Source: Candidatus Binatus sp.
GTDB lineage: Bacteria; Desulfobacterota; Binatia; Binatales; Binataceae
Direction of reading: 5' to 3'
Assembly: GCF_049584895.1 (NCBI RefSeq)
Contig: NZ_JBAUYR010000001.1
Coordinates: 321 to 64,320, forward strand
DNA length: 64,000 nucleotides
In this document: positions 17,125 through 25,834 of the stretch, piece by piece
How the letters are laid out: every line of letters starts with the position of its first letter
Position numbering within the stretch: the first letter of the stretch is position 1
Notes under the pieces: generated by a model
Databases searched by the model: none
What the model was told of the DNA's origin: nothing
Seen by the model: only the letters and a program-made list of their open reading frames with translations
Made by a program: the position numbers and the translations under genes

Positions 17125-20100
17125 ATGCGCTGTTCGTCCTGCAACTACGACAACCCCGCCGACGCCTCGTTTTGCGAGGGATGCGGAGCGAAGCTGGGGT
17201 TGATTTGCCCGGTGTGTAAAGCGTCGGTGAGTCCTGGAGCGCGATTCTGCAAGAAGTGTGGAACTGCGATTGACCCCACAAAAGCCGCTGCCTCCACGAC
17301 CGTTTTTTCGCCTAAATCTCAAATCATAGTCACCGCCGATGGCGCGGCGCCCGAAGCAATCGACGGCGAGCGCAAGACGGTCACGGCGCTGTTCGCCGAT
17401 ATCAAGGGATCGACCGAACTCGAGCAGGATTTAGACCCCGAGGAGGCGCGCACGATTGTAGACCCGGCGCTGAAGCTTATGATCGATGCGGTCCATCGCT
17501 ACGATGGCTACGTCGTGCAAAGCACCGGCGACGGCATCTTTGCGATCTTTGGTGCACCGGTAGCTCACGAAGATCATCCGCAGCGCGCGCTCTACGCCGC
17601 GCTCAGGATGCAAGAAGAACTAAAGCGTTATTCGGCAAGATTGCGCGAGGCCGGCAACCTGCCGATCGAAGCGCGCGTCGGCGTGAACACTGGCGAAGTA
17701 GTAGTGAGGTCGATCTCGACCGGCGGTGGTCATACTGAATACACGCCGATCGGGCATACGACCAATCTCGCGTCGCGAATGCAGGCGCTCGCGCCTACAG
17801 GCTCGATCGCAATCAGCGAGCAGGCGCGCAAGCTGGTTGATGGCTATTTTGCGCTGAAGCCGCTCGGACCGACTAAAGTCAAAGGCGTCAGCGAGCCAGT
17901 CAATGTTTACGAGGTGACTGGTCTCGGACCGCTGCGTACGCGCCTGCAACGCTCTGTGGGTCGCGGGTTGTCAAAGTTCGTTGGGCGGCAGGCCGAGATG
18001 GACGCCCTCAAGCGCGCGGCGGAGCAGGCCAAGGCGGGCCGCGGGCAGATCGTCGCCACGATGGCGGAGGCCGGCACCGGGAAGTCACGGCTCTTTTTCG
18101 AATTCAAAGCGAAGAACCAGTCGGGCTGGATGGTGCTCGAAACGTTCTCAGTGTCGCACGGCAAGGCATCGCCATATCTTCCAGTACTCGATCTCCTCCA
18201 CGGTTATTTCCACATCGCGGCCGAAGATGATCCGAGGACCCGACGTGAGAAGGTAAATGGGCGGATTGTCACGCTCGATCCCGCCCTGGAGGACACCCGC
18301 CCGTATTTGTTCAGTCTGCTTGGAATCGTCGACGGTGACGATCCGCTCTCGCAGATGGGCGCACCGGTGAAGCGCCGCCGGACTCTCGATGCCATCAAAC
18401 GCATCATCCTGCGGGAATCGCTGAATCAGCCGCTGATGGTGATCTTCGAGGATCTCCATTGGATCGACGAGGCGACACAGGAATTTCTGAATCTGCTGGC
18501 CGACTCGATTGGGACTGCGAAGATTCTGTTGTTAGTTAATTACCGGCCCCAATACTCGCATCAATGGGGTTCCAGGACTTACTACACGCAACTTCGGCTC
18601 GATCCGCTCGGCCAGGACTCCGCGGAAGAGATGTTGTCCGCCCTGCTCGGGAGTGGCGTGGACCTCGCGCAACTCAAGCGGGTAATCATAGAAAAGACCG
18701 AGGGCAATCCTTTCTTCATGGAGGAGACCGTCCAGGTCTTGCTCGACGAAGGCGCGCTGCTGCGCAACGGCGCGATTCACCTCACGCGGCCGATAGCAGA
18801 ATTGAAGATTCCACCGACGGTCCAGGGAATCCTCGCCGCGCGCATTGATCGCCTGCCGCACGATGCCAAGGAATTACTGCAAACGCTGTCAGCAATTGGA
18901 CGGGAATTTCCGCTGTCCTTGATCCGCGCCGCGTTCCCCAAGCCGGAGGAGGAGCTTAACCGGACGCTGGATGATCTCCAGCTCGGCGAATTCATCTACG
19001 AACAGCCCGCGGTCGGAGATACCGAATACATTTTCAAGCACGCACTCACCCAGGAAGTCTCCTATAACTCTATCCTCCATGAGCGTCGCAAGCATTTGCA
19101 CGAATGCATCGGCGCTGCGCTTGAGAAGCTGCACTCAAGCTCCATCGACGACCATATTGACGGACTAGCGCACCACTATGGCAGAAGCGGCAACTCGCTG
19201 AAGGCGCTCGAATACCAGGAGCGGGCAGGCAGGCAAGCAGTTCAGCGCTCGGCTTATGGCGAGGCGACTCGAAACTTCACCGACGCTCTGGAATTTCTTC
19301 AGCGGCTACCGCCGAGCGCCGCACGCGACCAACGAGAATTCGTCCTGCAAACCAGCTTGGGACCGGTACTCATGGCGACAAGAGGATGGTCAGCGCAGGA
19401 AACTGAATGGGCCTTTCGTCGCGCGGAGGAACTCGCCGAGATCGGAGGTACTCCCGAGCAGCGTTTCGCACTGCTTGTGGGTTTGTTCGGAATCTTCTAT
19501 GTCGGTGGCAATTTGACGGCTGCCCGCGAGTGGTTGAAGGAAATTCTGGAGTTCACCAAGGAGTACCCGCAGCCCGCGTTCGTCCTCGAGACCTGTCATC
19601 ATGAGTGGTCGGCTGCGCTCTCGGCCGGAGAGTTGGACGCTGCCCAGCAGCACGTCGATCGTGGGCTGGCGCTCTACGAGGCGCAACTCCGCTCGGTTCC
19701 CATACCGCTCTATACCGCGCACCACCCCGCGGTATGTGGTCACGGCTGGGGCGCTCTCGTCTTGTGGCTGCACGGCTTTTCCGATGCCGCGCGGCAGCAC
19801 GCGAACCGGTCCATTTCACTCGCGCAGGAACTTGAAGATCCCCTTTCCCTCGCCTGGGCTCTAAGCACCAGAGCACTCGTTCACCAAGTCATGCGAGAAG
19901 CGCAGCCTGCTCTGGAAGTGGCTGAGGCCGCGATAACCAAAGCTGAGGAAATGGGTTTCCTCCACGTTCTGTGGAACGCGCGAATCGCGAAAGGTTGGGC
20001 ATTGGCCGAGCTTGGCAGAACAGAAGAAGGAGTGGCGCAGATTCACGAAGCGATTGCCGCCCTGTCTGCTGTCCGAGCGGAGTTGTGGCTCACACAGGAT

Positions 20101-20496
20101 TTGGCGATCCTCGCCGAAGTCTATGCGGGTGCCAGGCGGTTCGACGAAGGTCTCAAGACGGTCGCGGAGGCTTTGGAGCTCGCACAGCGGAGTGGCGAGG
20201 CTTTCTGGGAAGCCGAGATACATCGGCTTCGCGGCGAGTTACTGATCCGGCAAGACCCTTTAGATCGTGTGGGAACCAAACAGTGCTTTGAGCTGGCGAT
20301 TCAGACCGCGCGCAAGCAGGGGGCGAAATCGCTTGAGTTACGCTCGACCACCAGCCTCGCGCGATTGCTGCGCGACAGCAATCGACGCGATGAAGCGCGC
20401 ACGATGCTCGCCGAAATCTACGACTGGTTCACTGAAGGCTTCGACACCGCAGACCTGAAGGACGCCAAGGCGCTGCTCGATGAACTCGGTTCGTAA
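17125..20496 (+). CDS. double-zinc-ribbon / class III adenylate-guanylate cyclase / STAND ATPase / TPR protein
   Basis: The ATG at 17125 follows AGGAGA. The zinc ribbons read CSSCNYDNP..FCEGCG...CPVCKA...FCKKCG. The cyclase core reads ERKTVTALFADIKGSTEL...VQSTGDGIFAIFGAP...VGVNTGEVV. The P-loop is AEAGTGKSRLFFEF, followed by VIFEDLHWIDEAT and a TPR-like C-terminus. Confidence 0.8.
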   Translation: MRCSSCNYDNPADASFCEGCGAKLGLICPVCKASVSPGARFCKKCGTAIDPTKAAASTTVFSPKSQIIVTADGAAPEAIDGERKTVTALFADIKGSTELEQDLDPEEARTIVDPALKLMIDAVHRYDGYVVQSTGDGIFAIFGAPVAHEDHPQRALYAALRMQEELKRYSARLREAGNLPIEARVGVNTGEVVVRSISTGGGHTEYTPIGHTTNLASRMQALAPTGSIAISEQARKLVDGYFALKPLGPTKVKGVSEPVNVYEVTGLGPLRTRLQRSVGRGLSKFVGRQAEMDALKRAAEQAKAGRGQIVATMAEAGTGKSRLFFEFKAKNQSGWMVLETFSVSHGKASPYLPVLDLLHGYFHIAAEDDPRTRREKVNGRIVTLDPALEDTRPYLFSLLGIVDGDDPLSQMGAPVKRRRTLDAIKRIILRESLNQPLMVIFEDLHWIDEATQEFLNLLADSIGTAKILLLVNYRPQYSHQWGSRTYYTQLRLDPLGQDSAEEMLSALLGSGVDLAQLKRVIIEKTEGNPFFMEETVQVLLDEGALLRNGAIHLTRPIAELKIPPTVQGILAARIDRLPHDAKELLQTLSAIGREFPLSLIRAAFPKPEEELNRTLDDLQLGEFIYEQPAVGDTEYIFKHALTQEVSYNSILHERRKHLHECIGAALEKLHSSSIDDHIDGLAHHYGRSGNSLKALEYQERAGRQAVQRSAYGEATRNFTDALEFLQRLPPSAARDQREFVLQTSLGPVLMATRGWSAQETEWAFRRAEELAEIGGTPEQRFALLVGLFGIFYVGGNLTAAREWLKEILEFTKEYPQPAFVLETCHHEWSAALSAGELDAAQQHVDRGLALYEAQLRSVPIPLYTAHHPAVCGHGWGALVLWLHGFSDAARQHANRSISLAQELEDPLSLAWALSTRALVHQVMREAQPALEVAEAAITKAEEMGFLHVLWNARIAKGWALAELGRTEEGVAQIHEAIAALSAVRAELWLTQDLAILAEVYAGARRFDEGLKTVAEALELAQRSGEAFWEAEIHRLRGELLIRQDPLDRVGTKQCFELAIQTARKQGAKSLELRSTTSLARLLRDSNRRDEARTMLAEIYDWFTEGFDTADLKDAKALLDELGS

Positions 20497-20574
20497 CTAA
20501 CCGGGTCCACTGCCCCTGATCAATTCTGAAATCGGAAAATCGGAAGACTTGGACTATAAGGTGAAAAGAAGCTC

Positions 20575-20928
20575 ATGAAATACACGCGCATCTACGCAGA
20601 CAGGAATGGAGAGTCGCACTTCGAGGACGTCGAAATTGGCATGAAGCCGGGGCCCGCCAACGCCGGCACGATCTCGGAGATGATCGCGGCCAAAGGCGTG
20701 ATGTTCCGGCAGTCGGGTGAATACTTCATAAACTGGCACAACGCGCCACGCCGCCAGTTCGTCGTCAACCTCACCGGCACGGTCGAAATCGTCGCAAGCG
20801 ATGGAGAGAAGCGACGCCTCGGGCCCGGCAGCATCCTGCTGGCGGAAGACCTTACCGGCAAGGGGCACACCTCGCGAGGGCTGGGCGGCGAAGAGCGCAT
20901 CTCACTTTTCATTCCGCTTGCGGACTAA
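20575..20928 (+). CDS. small cupin-like protein
   Basis: 117-aa ORF. The beta-rich sequence with FINWHNAPRRQFVVNLTG.VEIV..DGEKRRLGPGSILLAED fits a single cupin barrel. The call is weak. Confidence 0.5.
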   Translation: MKYTRIYADRNGESHFEDVEIGMKPGPANAGTISEMIAAKGVMFRQSGEYFINWHNAPRRQFVVNLTGTVEIVASDGEKRRLGPGSILLAEDLTGKGHTSRGLGGEERISLFIPLAD

Positions 20929-21051
20929 ACCTATCGACGGAGGCTCGTCCCGTGGCCTTTCGTGGCATTCAAGCCGAAACGGTCAAGTTCCAAGGCCCCG
21001 GTGGCGTGACGCTTCCAACAATCGCTAACAGTCTCGTCGACATAAATTTTC

Positions 21052-22161
21052 CTATCCGGCGACGCGCCCGGCGACGGCAACGCCCTTGTGTCCCTCGCGC
21101 TCAGCGATCTCGCGTCGCACGAGGGGGATCAGTTCGCGGCCATAGTCGATAGCGTCTTCAAGCGGATCGAAACCACGAATCAGAAAAGTCGTAACGCCAA
21201 GGTCGTAGTAGGCGAGCATTGATTCTGCGACTTGCTCAGGCGTCCCGACCAGCGCGGTCGTATTACCGCGCGCGCCGGTCGCCGCGGCTACCGCGGTCCA
21301 CAGCCGCTGGTCGAGCACTTCACCCTCCGCGGCCGCAGCCAGCAATCGTTGCGAGCCAACGGCGCCGGGAGTTTTCGCCGGTGCTCCCGACATCGCTTGC
21401 CCGCGGATTTCACTGATCGTTTCTATGATTCGTCGAGCGCGCGCCCACGCCGCATCTTCTGTGGATGCCAGAATTGGACGGGTTGACAGGCTGAATCTCA
21501 CCGTACGTCCATGTCGCGCGGCCGATGCGCGCACGCGCGCGATCGTTTTCGCTGCCTCTGCCAAGGGCTCACCCCACAGGGCGTAAACGTCGGCATGCTT
21601 TCCCGCGATTGCAATCGCCGCATCCGAGGAACCGCCGAAGTAGATCGGTATGTGAGGCTTCTGAAGCGGCTTCACGTCCGAGAACGAGCGGGTAAACTTG
21701 TAGTACTCGCCCTCGTGATCGATTGGCTTGTCCGCCGTCCAGATGCGGCGAAGGATTTCGACATACTCGTCGGTGCGCTCGTAGCGCTCGTCATGCGTGA
21801 TGAAATCGCCGTCTTTGCGCTGTTCGCCGTCGTCGCCGCCCGAGATGATATGCACCGCGAGCCGGCCGCCGCTGAAATGATCGAGCGTCGCGAGCTTGCG
21901 CGCGGCGACCGTCGGCGCGACGAAGCCGGGACGATGCGCCAGCATCAGGCCGAGCTTTTCCGTCACGAACGCGGCGTACTGCGCGACGATAAACCCGTCG
22001 GCGCCGTTGGAAAAGTATCCGATGAGTATCCGGTCGAAGCCTGACTCCTCGTGCGCCTGCGCGAAGCGCCGCACGTAGTCGACATCGATCGCCGGTCCCC
22101 GCGGCGGGTGAATCTCCGATGCGGGTTGCGTGCCGATCATCCCGATGAACTCGACGCTCAT
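21052..22161 (-). CDS. LLM-class flavin-dependent oxidoreductase (SsuD/[14 protein letters not shown] monooxygenase family)
   Basis: The start was moved to the internal ATG at 22161 (MSVEFIGMIG), which has AGGAGA upstream. This gives 370 aa with typical LLM blocks: RILIGYFSNGADG, HRPGFVAPT.AARK.ATLDHFSGGRL, IPIYFGGSS and LVGTPEQVAESMLAYYDLGVTTFLIRGFDP. Confidence 0.8.
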   Translation of the reverse strand: MSVEFIGMIGTQPASEIHPPRGPAIDVDYVRRFAQAHEESGFDRILIGYFSNGADGFIVAQYAAFVTEKLGLMLAHRPGFVAPTVAARKLATLDHFSGGRLAVHIISGGDDGEQRKDGDFITHDERYERTDEYVEILRRIWTADKPIDHEGEYYKFTRSFSDVKPLQKPHIPIYFGGSSDAAIAIAGKHADVYALWGEPLAEAAKTIARVRASAARHGRTVRFSLSTRPILASTEDAAWARARRIIETISEIRGQAMSGAPAKTPGAVGSQRLLAAAAEGEVLDQRLWTAVAAATGARGNTTALVGTPEQVAESMLAYYDLGVTTFLIRGFDPLEDAIDYGRELIPLVRREIAEREGHKGVAVAGRVAG

Positions 22162-22291
22162 GGACGCTCTCCTTCGCTGGCGGTCGAAGCTAACGCTCAG
22201 CCTGCGGCGAGCGCTTCCGGCTGCCAGGCTGGTCGCCGAATTGGCAGTTTCGGAAACAGCAACTCTGCCACATAGTACGCTTCTTCCTTCC

Positions 22292-22408
22292 CGGATAACC
22301 CGAAAGCACGAACGTGTCGATACCGAGATCGAGGTACTCCTCGAAGCGTCGCGACAGAGTTTTAGGATCTCCGCCCAGCGTGGTCCCTGCTCCTCCGCGA
22401 ACGAGACC
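22292..22408 (-). pseudogene. remnant of the C-terminus of an SsuD-type alkanesulfonate monooxygenase
   Basis: The frame of ORF 22190-22831 reads [39 protein letters not shown]. This closely parallels the E. coli SsuD C-terminus ([14 protein letters not shown]...EYAALGIDSFVLSGYP). No intact upstream body is present. Confidence 0.45.
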
Positions 22409-22545
22409 AGGTAGCGTCCGTCGCTGTGAGTGTTCGGCTTGTGCTCGCGATCGATGAGCAAACGGCCGCTCATGGGTGATCGCCAGTTCGCTCGCGGCGA
22501 TGACGCGGCGCGGCGTGAACGATCCGCCTCGCTGGCGGTAGATGC

Positions 22546-22743
22546 GAATTGCAGCTCGCGCTCGACCTGGTGCCGTAGTATCCGCAGCGTCGCATCGAGC
22601 TTGTGACCGACGAAGTAATCGACTCCTTCCTCGGTGAAATCCGCCAGGCCGAAATGGGTCGGAAAGAGGGCCGCGAACAGCCCGTCGATGATTTCGCGGA
22701 GCGCTTCGCGCGACGGCATCTCGATGATCGCACCGTCGCGCAT
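22546..22743 (-). pseudogene. remnant of the N-terminal region of an EpsC-type serine O-acetyltransferase
   Basis: The translation is [57 protein letters not shown]. This matches the PSREA..II..L...LFP..FG N-terminal helix region of long-form CysE. No hexapeptide-repeat body follows. Confidence 0.35.
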
Positions 22744-22870
22744 GCGCTCCTGGGATTTCCCCGGTGACGCTCGTAGTTCGGCGACGATTCGGCCCAGATC
22801 CCATCGCGCGCCCCAAGCGCTCCAACTTCACTTCACTACATCCCGGTAGCTGGCAAAAACTCGACTGCCG

Positions 22871-23491
22871 TTACTGTCTGAGGGTGGACCCCACCAGCGT
22901 CCGCAGGAAGTGATCGACTTTATCTGCCGGGCAGCGGGTAAATTTCAGCTGCGCGATCATGTGGGCCGAGCCGACTATTAATCGCGCATCGTCTTCGGCC
23001 TCGTCATCGATGATTCCGCGCTCGTGGCGCCAGCGACGAATGGTGTTGGCGATGATCGCTACTATTCTTTCCTGAAATTCCAGATAGTGCGGCCAGATCT
23101 CTTCGCGTATCGCAGTACTCCAATCCAGCCAGACGCGCGCATAGTCGGTATGGGTCTCGACTGAATCGGCAAACGCCTGCGCATGAGCGAGTACAATCCG
23201 GGGAGCGGCGCCGCCGCCTGAATGAATCGTTACAGCCATCTCGGTCAGAAATCGCGCGACCTCATCGAGCACCGCCATCACCAGGGCTTCGCGGGTCGGG
23301 AAGTAGAAGAACACGGTCGGGACGGATACGCGCGCCTCCCTGGCTATTTCGGCGTGATGAGCGCCCCCCAGGCCGCGACGGGCGAAGACCACGATCGCGC
23401 ACTTCAGCAGTTGCGGCCGGCGCTCGGCTGGATCGAGTCGGCGCGCCCTGACACGTTTCGTCGAAGATTTCCGTTCCACTTTTTTCACCAT
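22871..23491 (-). CDS. TetR/AcrR family transcriptional regulator
   Basis: The HTH reads RRPQLLKCAIVVFARRGLGGAHHAEIAREARVSVPTVFFYFPTREAL. The start was placed at MVKKVERK (23491), because the longer ORF (to 23515) would run through the divergent promoter and palindrome. Confidence 0.8.
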   Translation of the reverse strand: MVKKVERKSSTKRVRARRLDPAERRPQLLKCAIVVFARRGLGGAHHAEIAREARVSVPTVFFYFPTREALVMAVLDEVARFLTEMAVTIHSGGGAAPRIVLAHAQAFADSVETHTDYARVWLDWSTAIREEIWPHYLEFQERIVAIIANTIRRWRHERGIIDDEAEDDARLIVGSAHMIAQLKFTRCPADKVDHFLRTLVGSTLRQ

Positions 23492-23498
23492 ATCAGCT

Positions 23499-23528
23499 AT
23501 TGACAATACTATCAATATCTCCTATATT
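23499..23528 (+). promoter_or_regulatory. near-consensus sigma70 promoter overlapped by an imperfect 18-nt palindrome (candidate TetR operator)
   Basis: TTGACA lies at 23500-23505, followed by a 17-nt spacer and TATATT at 23523-28, 33 nt before the ATG at 23561. ATTGACAATACTATCAAT (23499-23516) matches its own reverse complement at 14 of 18 positions. Confidence 0.45.
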
Positions 23529-23560
23529 CCGAGCAACCAAACTTTCGAGCGAGGTCATCC

Positions 23561-24751
23561 ATGTCAAATGCATCACGGGTCGAATCGCTGAGACCGTTGC
23601 CACCTTCGCCTTCGATGAATGAAGAGGCGGTGGCTACGTACGAGTCCGAGTTCAAACAGTACGCCACCAAGTGGGCCGAAATCCTCGACCGCAACGCGGA
23701 GCGGATGAAGAGGGGTTCCTACTCGTTGCATTGGATGAACACCGACAAGGCGTCGTGGGGCAAGCGCGCAAAGCCATCGTCGCGCGGACTTACCTACACC
23801 GACATCAACCACGTGCCTGGTTACGGTCTGATCCCGGAGAAGGCGACCTGGCTGAACTTCGCAGCGCGCGGCTCGGTTCGCGACGAGTACGCAGCCGAAA
23901 TGCCGATCGTTGATAACTACACGCTGGTGAATCGCGACGAGTCATGGGCTGACAACGTCGTGACGCTGTACGAGGAAGCGAAGGCGCGCCAGTGGAACGC
24001 GACTCGCGACATCCCGTGGAGCGAGCTCGAACGCTTGCCCGACGATCTCGAGAAAGCGACTTGCCAGCTCTGCACCTTTCTCACCGAGGTCGAATTCGTT
24101 GCGGGCGACTTCCCGGCGAAGTGGCTCTATCGAATCCCGCAGGACTTCCTGGAAGTGAAGAGCTTCCTTGTGACGCAGTTGATGGACGAGGCGCGTCATC
24201 AGGAGGTCTTCCGCAAGCGTGCGATTGCCGGCGGCGGTCTGTTGCATGCGTCGCCCGGTTTCGAGTGGGCTCTCAAGGCGATCATCGACGCGCCAACGCA
24301 TACGATGGGAACCTTCCTGTTGAACCTGCTCGGCGAAGGCTTGGTGCTTTCGATTTTCCGTTCGGGCGAGATGATCGCCAAGACTCACGTGGATAAGGAA
24401 ATCTTCCGGCGCTGCCTGCAGGACGAGGCGCGTCACGTTTCTTACGGGGTGTTGGAACTCAAGAACTACCTTGATCACGCTCCCGATCGCCCGGCGGCTA
24501 TCGAGGAGATGCATCGGTTTGCCGACGTCGGAGAGCAGGTGATCCTCACATCTTTCACCGAGGCCGCGCTGGTGGAGCCCGTTGCGATTCTGCTCGGCGG
24601 CGGACTCGACAAGATCGATCAAGGCATGGAAGGCCAGGGGCGGCTCTGGAAGATGTCGGTCGAGGAGTATCTGCAGCGATGCGATCGCGCGGGATTCAGC
24701 CGCCGCGAACGCTGCACGATCCCGCTGGAATCACCATGGGGACAAAACTGA
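23561..24751 (+). CDS. ferritin-like diiron-carboxylate oxygenase (family unassigned)
   Basis: 396 aa with four ligand helices in the classical order E...ExxH...E...ExxH: TFLTEVEFVAG, QLMDEARHQEVF, LLGEGLVLSIF and CLQDEARHVSYG. An N-terminal extension of about 130 aa is of unknown function. Confidence 0.7.
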   Translation: MSNASRVESLRPLPPSPSMNEEAVATYESEFKQYATKWAEILDRNAERMKRGSYSLHWMNTDKASWGKRAKPSSRGLTYTDINHVPGYGLIPEKATWLNFAARGSVRDEYAAEMPIVDNYTLVNRDESWADNVVTLYEEAKARQWNATRDIPWSELERLPDDLEKATCQLCTFLTEVEFVAGDFPAKWLYRIPQDFLEVKSFLVTQLMDEARHQEVFRKRAIAGGGLLHASPGFEWALKAIIDAPTHTMGTFLLNLLGEGLVLSIFRSGEMIAKTHVDKEIFRRCLQDEARHVSYGVLELKNYLDHAPDRPAAIEEMHRFADVGEQVILTSFTEAALVEPVAILLGGGLDKIDQGMEGQGRLWKMSVEEYLQRCDRAGFSRRERCTIPLESPWGQN

Positions 24752-25236
24752 TGGAAGCACAGGCTATCACTGAGCAGCAGCGCGCGATTGCATTCCCGAC
24801 CAGCGAGTGGTTTGAGCGACTCGCGCAGCTGATGAAAATAAACAGCACTCTGCACGAGCATCTTGGATACATCGACTGTGTTGCGCAGTTCACCGTGCTC
24901 GACGGCGGACTCGGCGGGAAGCCGTGGAGTGTGCAGGTCACGTTCGAGGAATTCGAGGCGACCGATGTGCGCGAAGCCGGCGCGGTTGACGTCGCGCGCG
25001 CCGACTTCACATTGGAGGCGTCGCTCGCGACGTGGCGCGAAATGATCGAGGTTATCGCGCGGGGTCGCGGGCGCCCCGACCTGACTCATACGCTCAACTA
25101 TCTGAGCCATACCGGCACGCCGATACGCGTGTGGTCCGAAGATCCGCTGCGCAAGGATTTATTCTTCCGCTACAACCAGAGCCTGCAGGAGTTCATCAAC
25201 GCGTCGGCCGCCTTTCGCACGATCTTTGAGGGCTAG
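24751..25236 (+). CDS. SCP2-like (sterol/lipid-carrier fold) small protein, putative
   Basis: The ATG overlaps the upstream stop by 1 nt (TGATG). It is 161 aa. WFERLAQLMK...FTVLDGGLGGKPWSVQVTF...ADFTLEASLATWREMI follows the SCP2 pattern (f.l.d..g.w.l....ad..l..s...w..l). Confidence 0.45.
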   Translation: MEAQAITEQQRAIAFPTSEWFERLAQLMKINSTLHEHLGYIDCVAQFTVLDGGLGGKPWSVQVTFEEFEATDVREAGAVDVARADFTLEASLATWREMIEVIARGRGRPDLTHTLNYLSHTGTPIRVWSEDPLRKDLFFRYNQSLQEFINASAAFRTIFEG

Positions 25237-25239
25237 CAA

Positions 25240-25524
25240 ATGGCTCACAAGCCGGGACACTTCTATATCGACGAGACCTGCATCGGATGCGGTGCATGCG
25301 ATCACGCCTGTCCCGGCAAGGTAGATGCGATCTACCGGGTGGAAGACGACTTCCTAGGACGATTCGCGATCGTGCTCGAAGAGTGCATCGACTGCGGCTT
25401 CTGCGTTCCACTGTGCCCGGTCGATTGCATTCATGACGCGCGCAAGGAAGGCATCATCGAGGGTAGTGGTGGATACACTCGCATCAAGGAACTCCAGGCA
25501 TGGGCCCGCGCCCGCGCCTTATGA
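25240..25524 (+). CDS. 2x[4Fe-4S] ferredoxin
   Basis: 94 aa with two cluster motifs, CIGCGACDHACP and CIDCGFCVPLCP. It starts 3 nt after the preceding gene. Confidence 0.85.
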   Translation: MAHKPGHFYIDETCIGCGACDHACPGKVDAIYRVEDDFLGRFAIVLEECIDCGFCVPLCPVDCIHDARKEGIIEGSGGYTRIKELQAWARARAL

Positions 25525-25834
25525 CAGCAGCCTAATGAGGGCACTATCCGCCGCTGATGCCCGTAACCTTTCATCGATGCCTCCTGGTCGCAGCAAGCGC
25601 CGCGCGTTTCAGAGGTTCTAATATCACGGTCTGATTGCCTCTTTATGCACAGGTTAGAGAGCTGCAGACGCCTGACCCGGCTCGACCTTCTTTAGAAAGA
25701 GCATGAGCGTACTCGCGCTGCATGCGGGTCAGCTTGCAACTATGCGAGTGCCGAGGGTATTCGTCTCTTCAAACCTGCCCTTCGCAAGACCGAAGAGTAG
25801 CTAGAATCCATCCTCTGAAAGTGCTGTTGGGGAA

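Noticed and set aside
22162-22743. N-terminal 194 aa of the 563-aa ORF, considered as part of one large LLM protein
   Set aside because: The LLM domain begins at an internal ATG with an RBS. The upstream part is a mosaic of unrelated fragments (an SAT-like N-terminus, then junk), so it is not a fusion protein.
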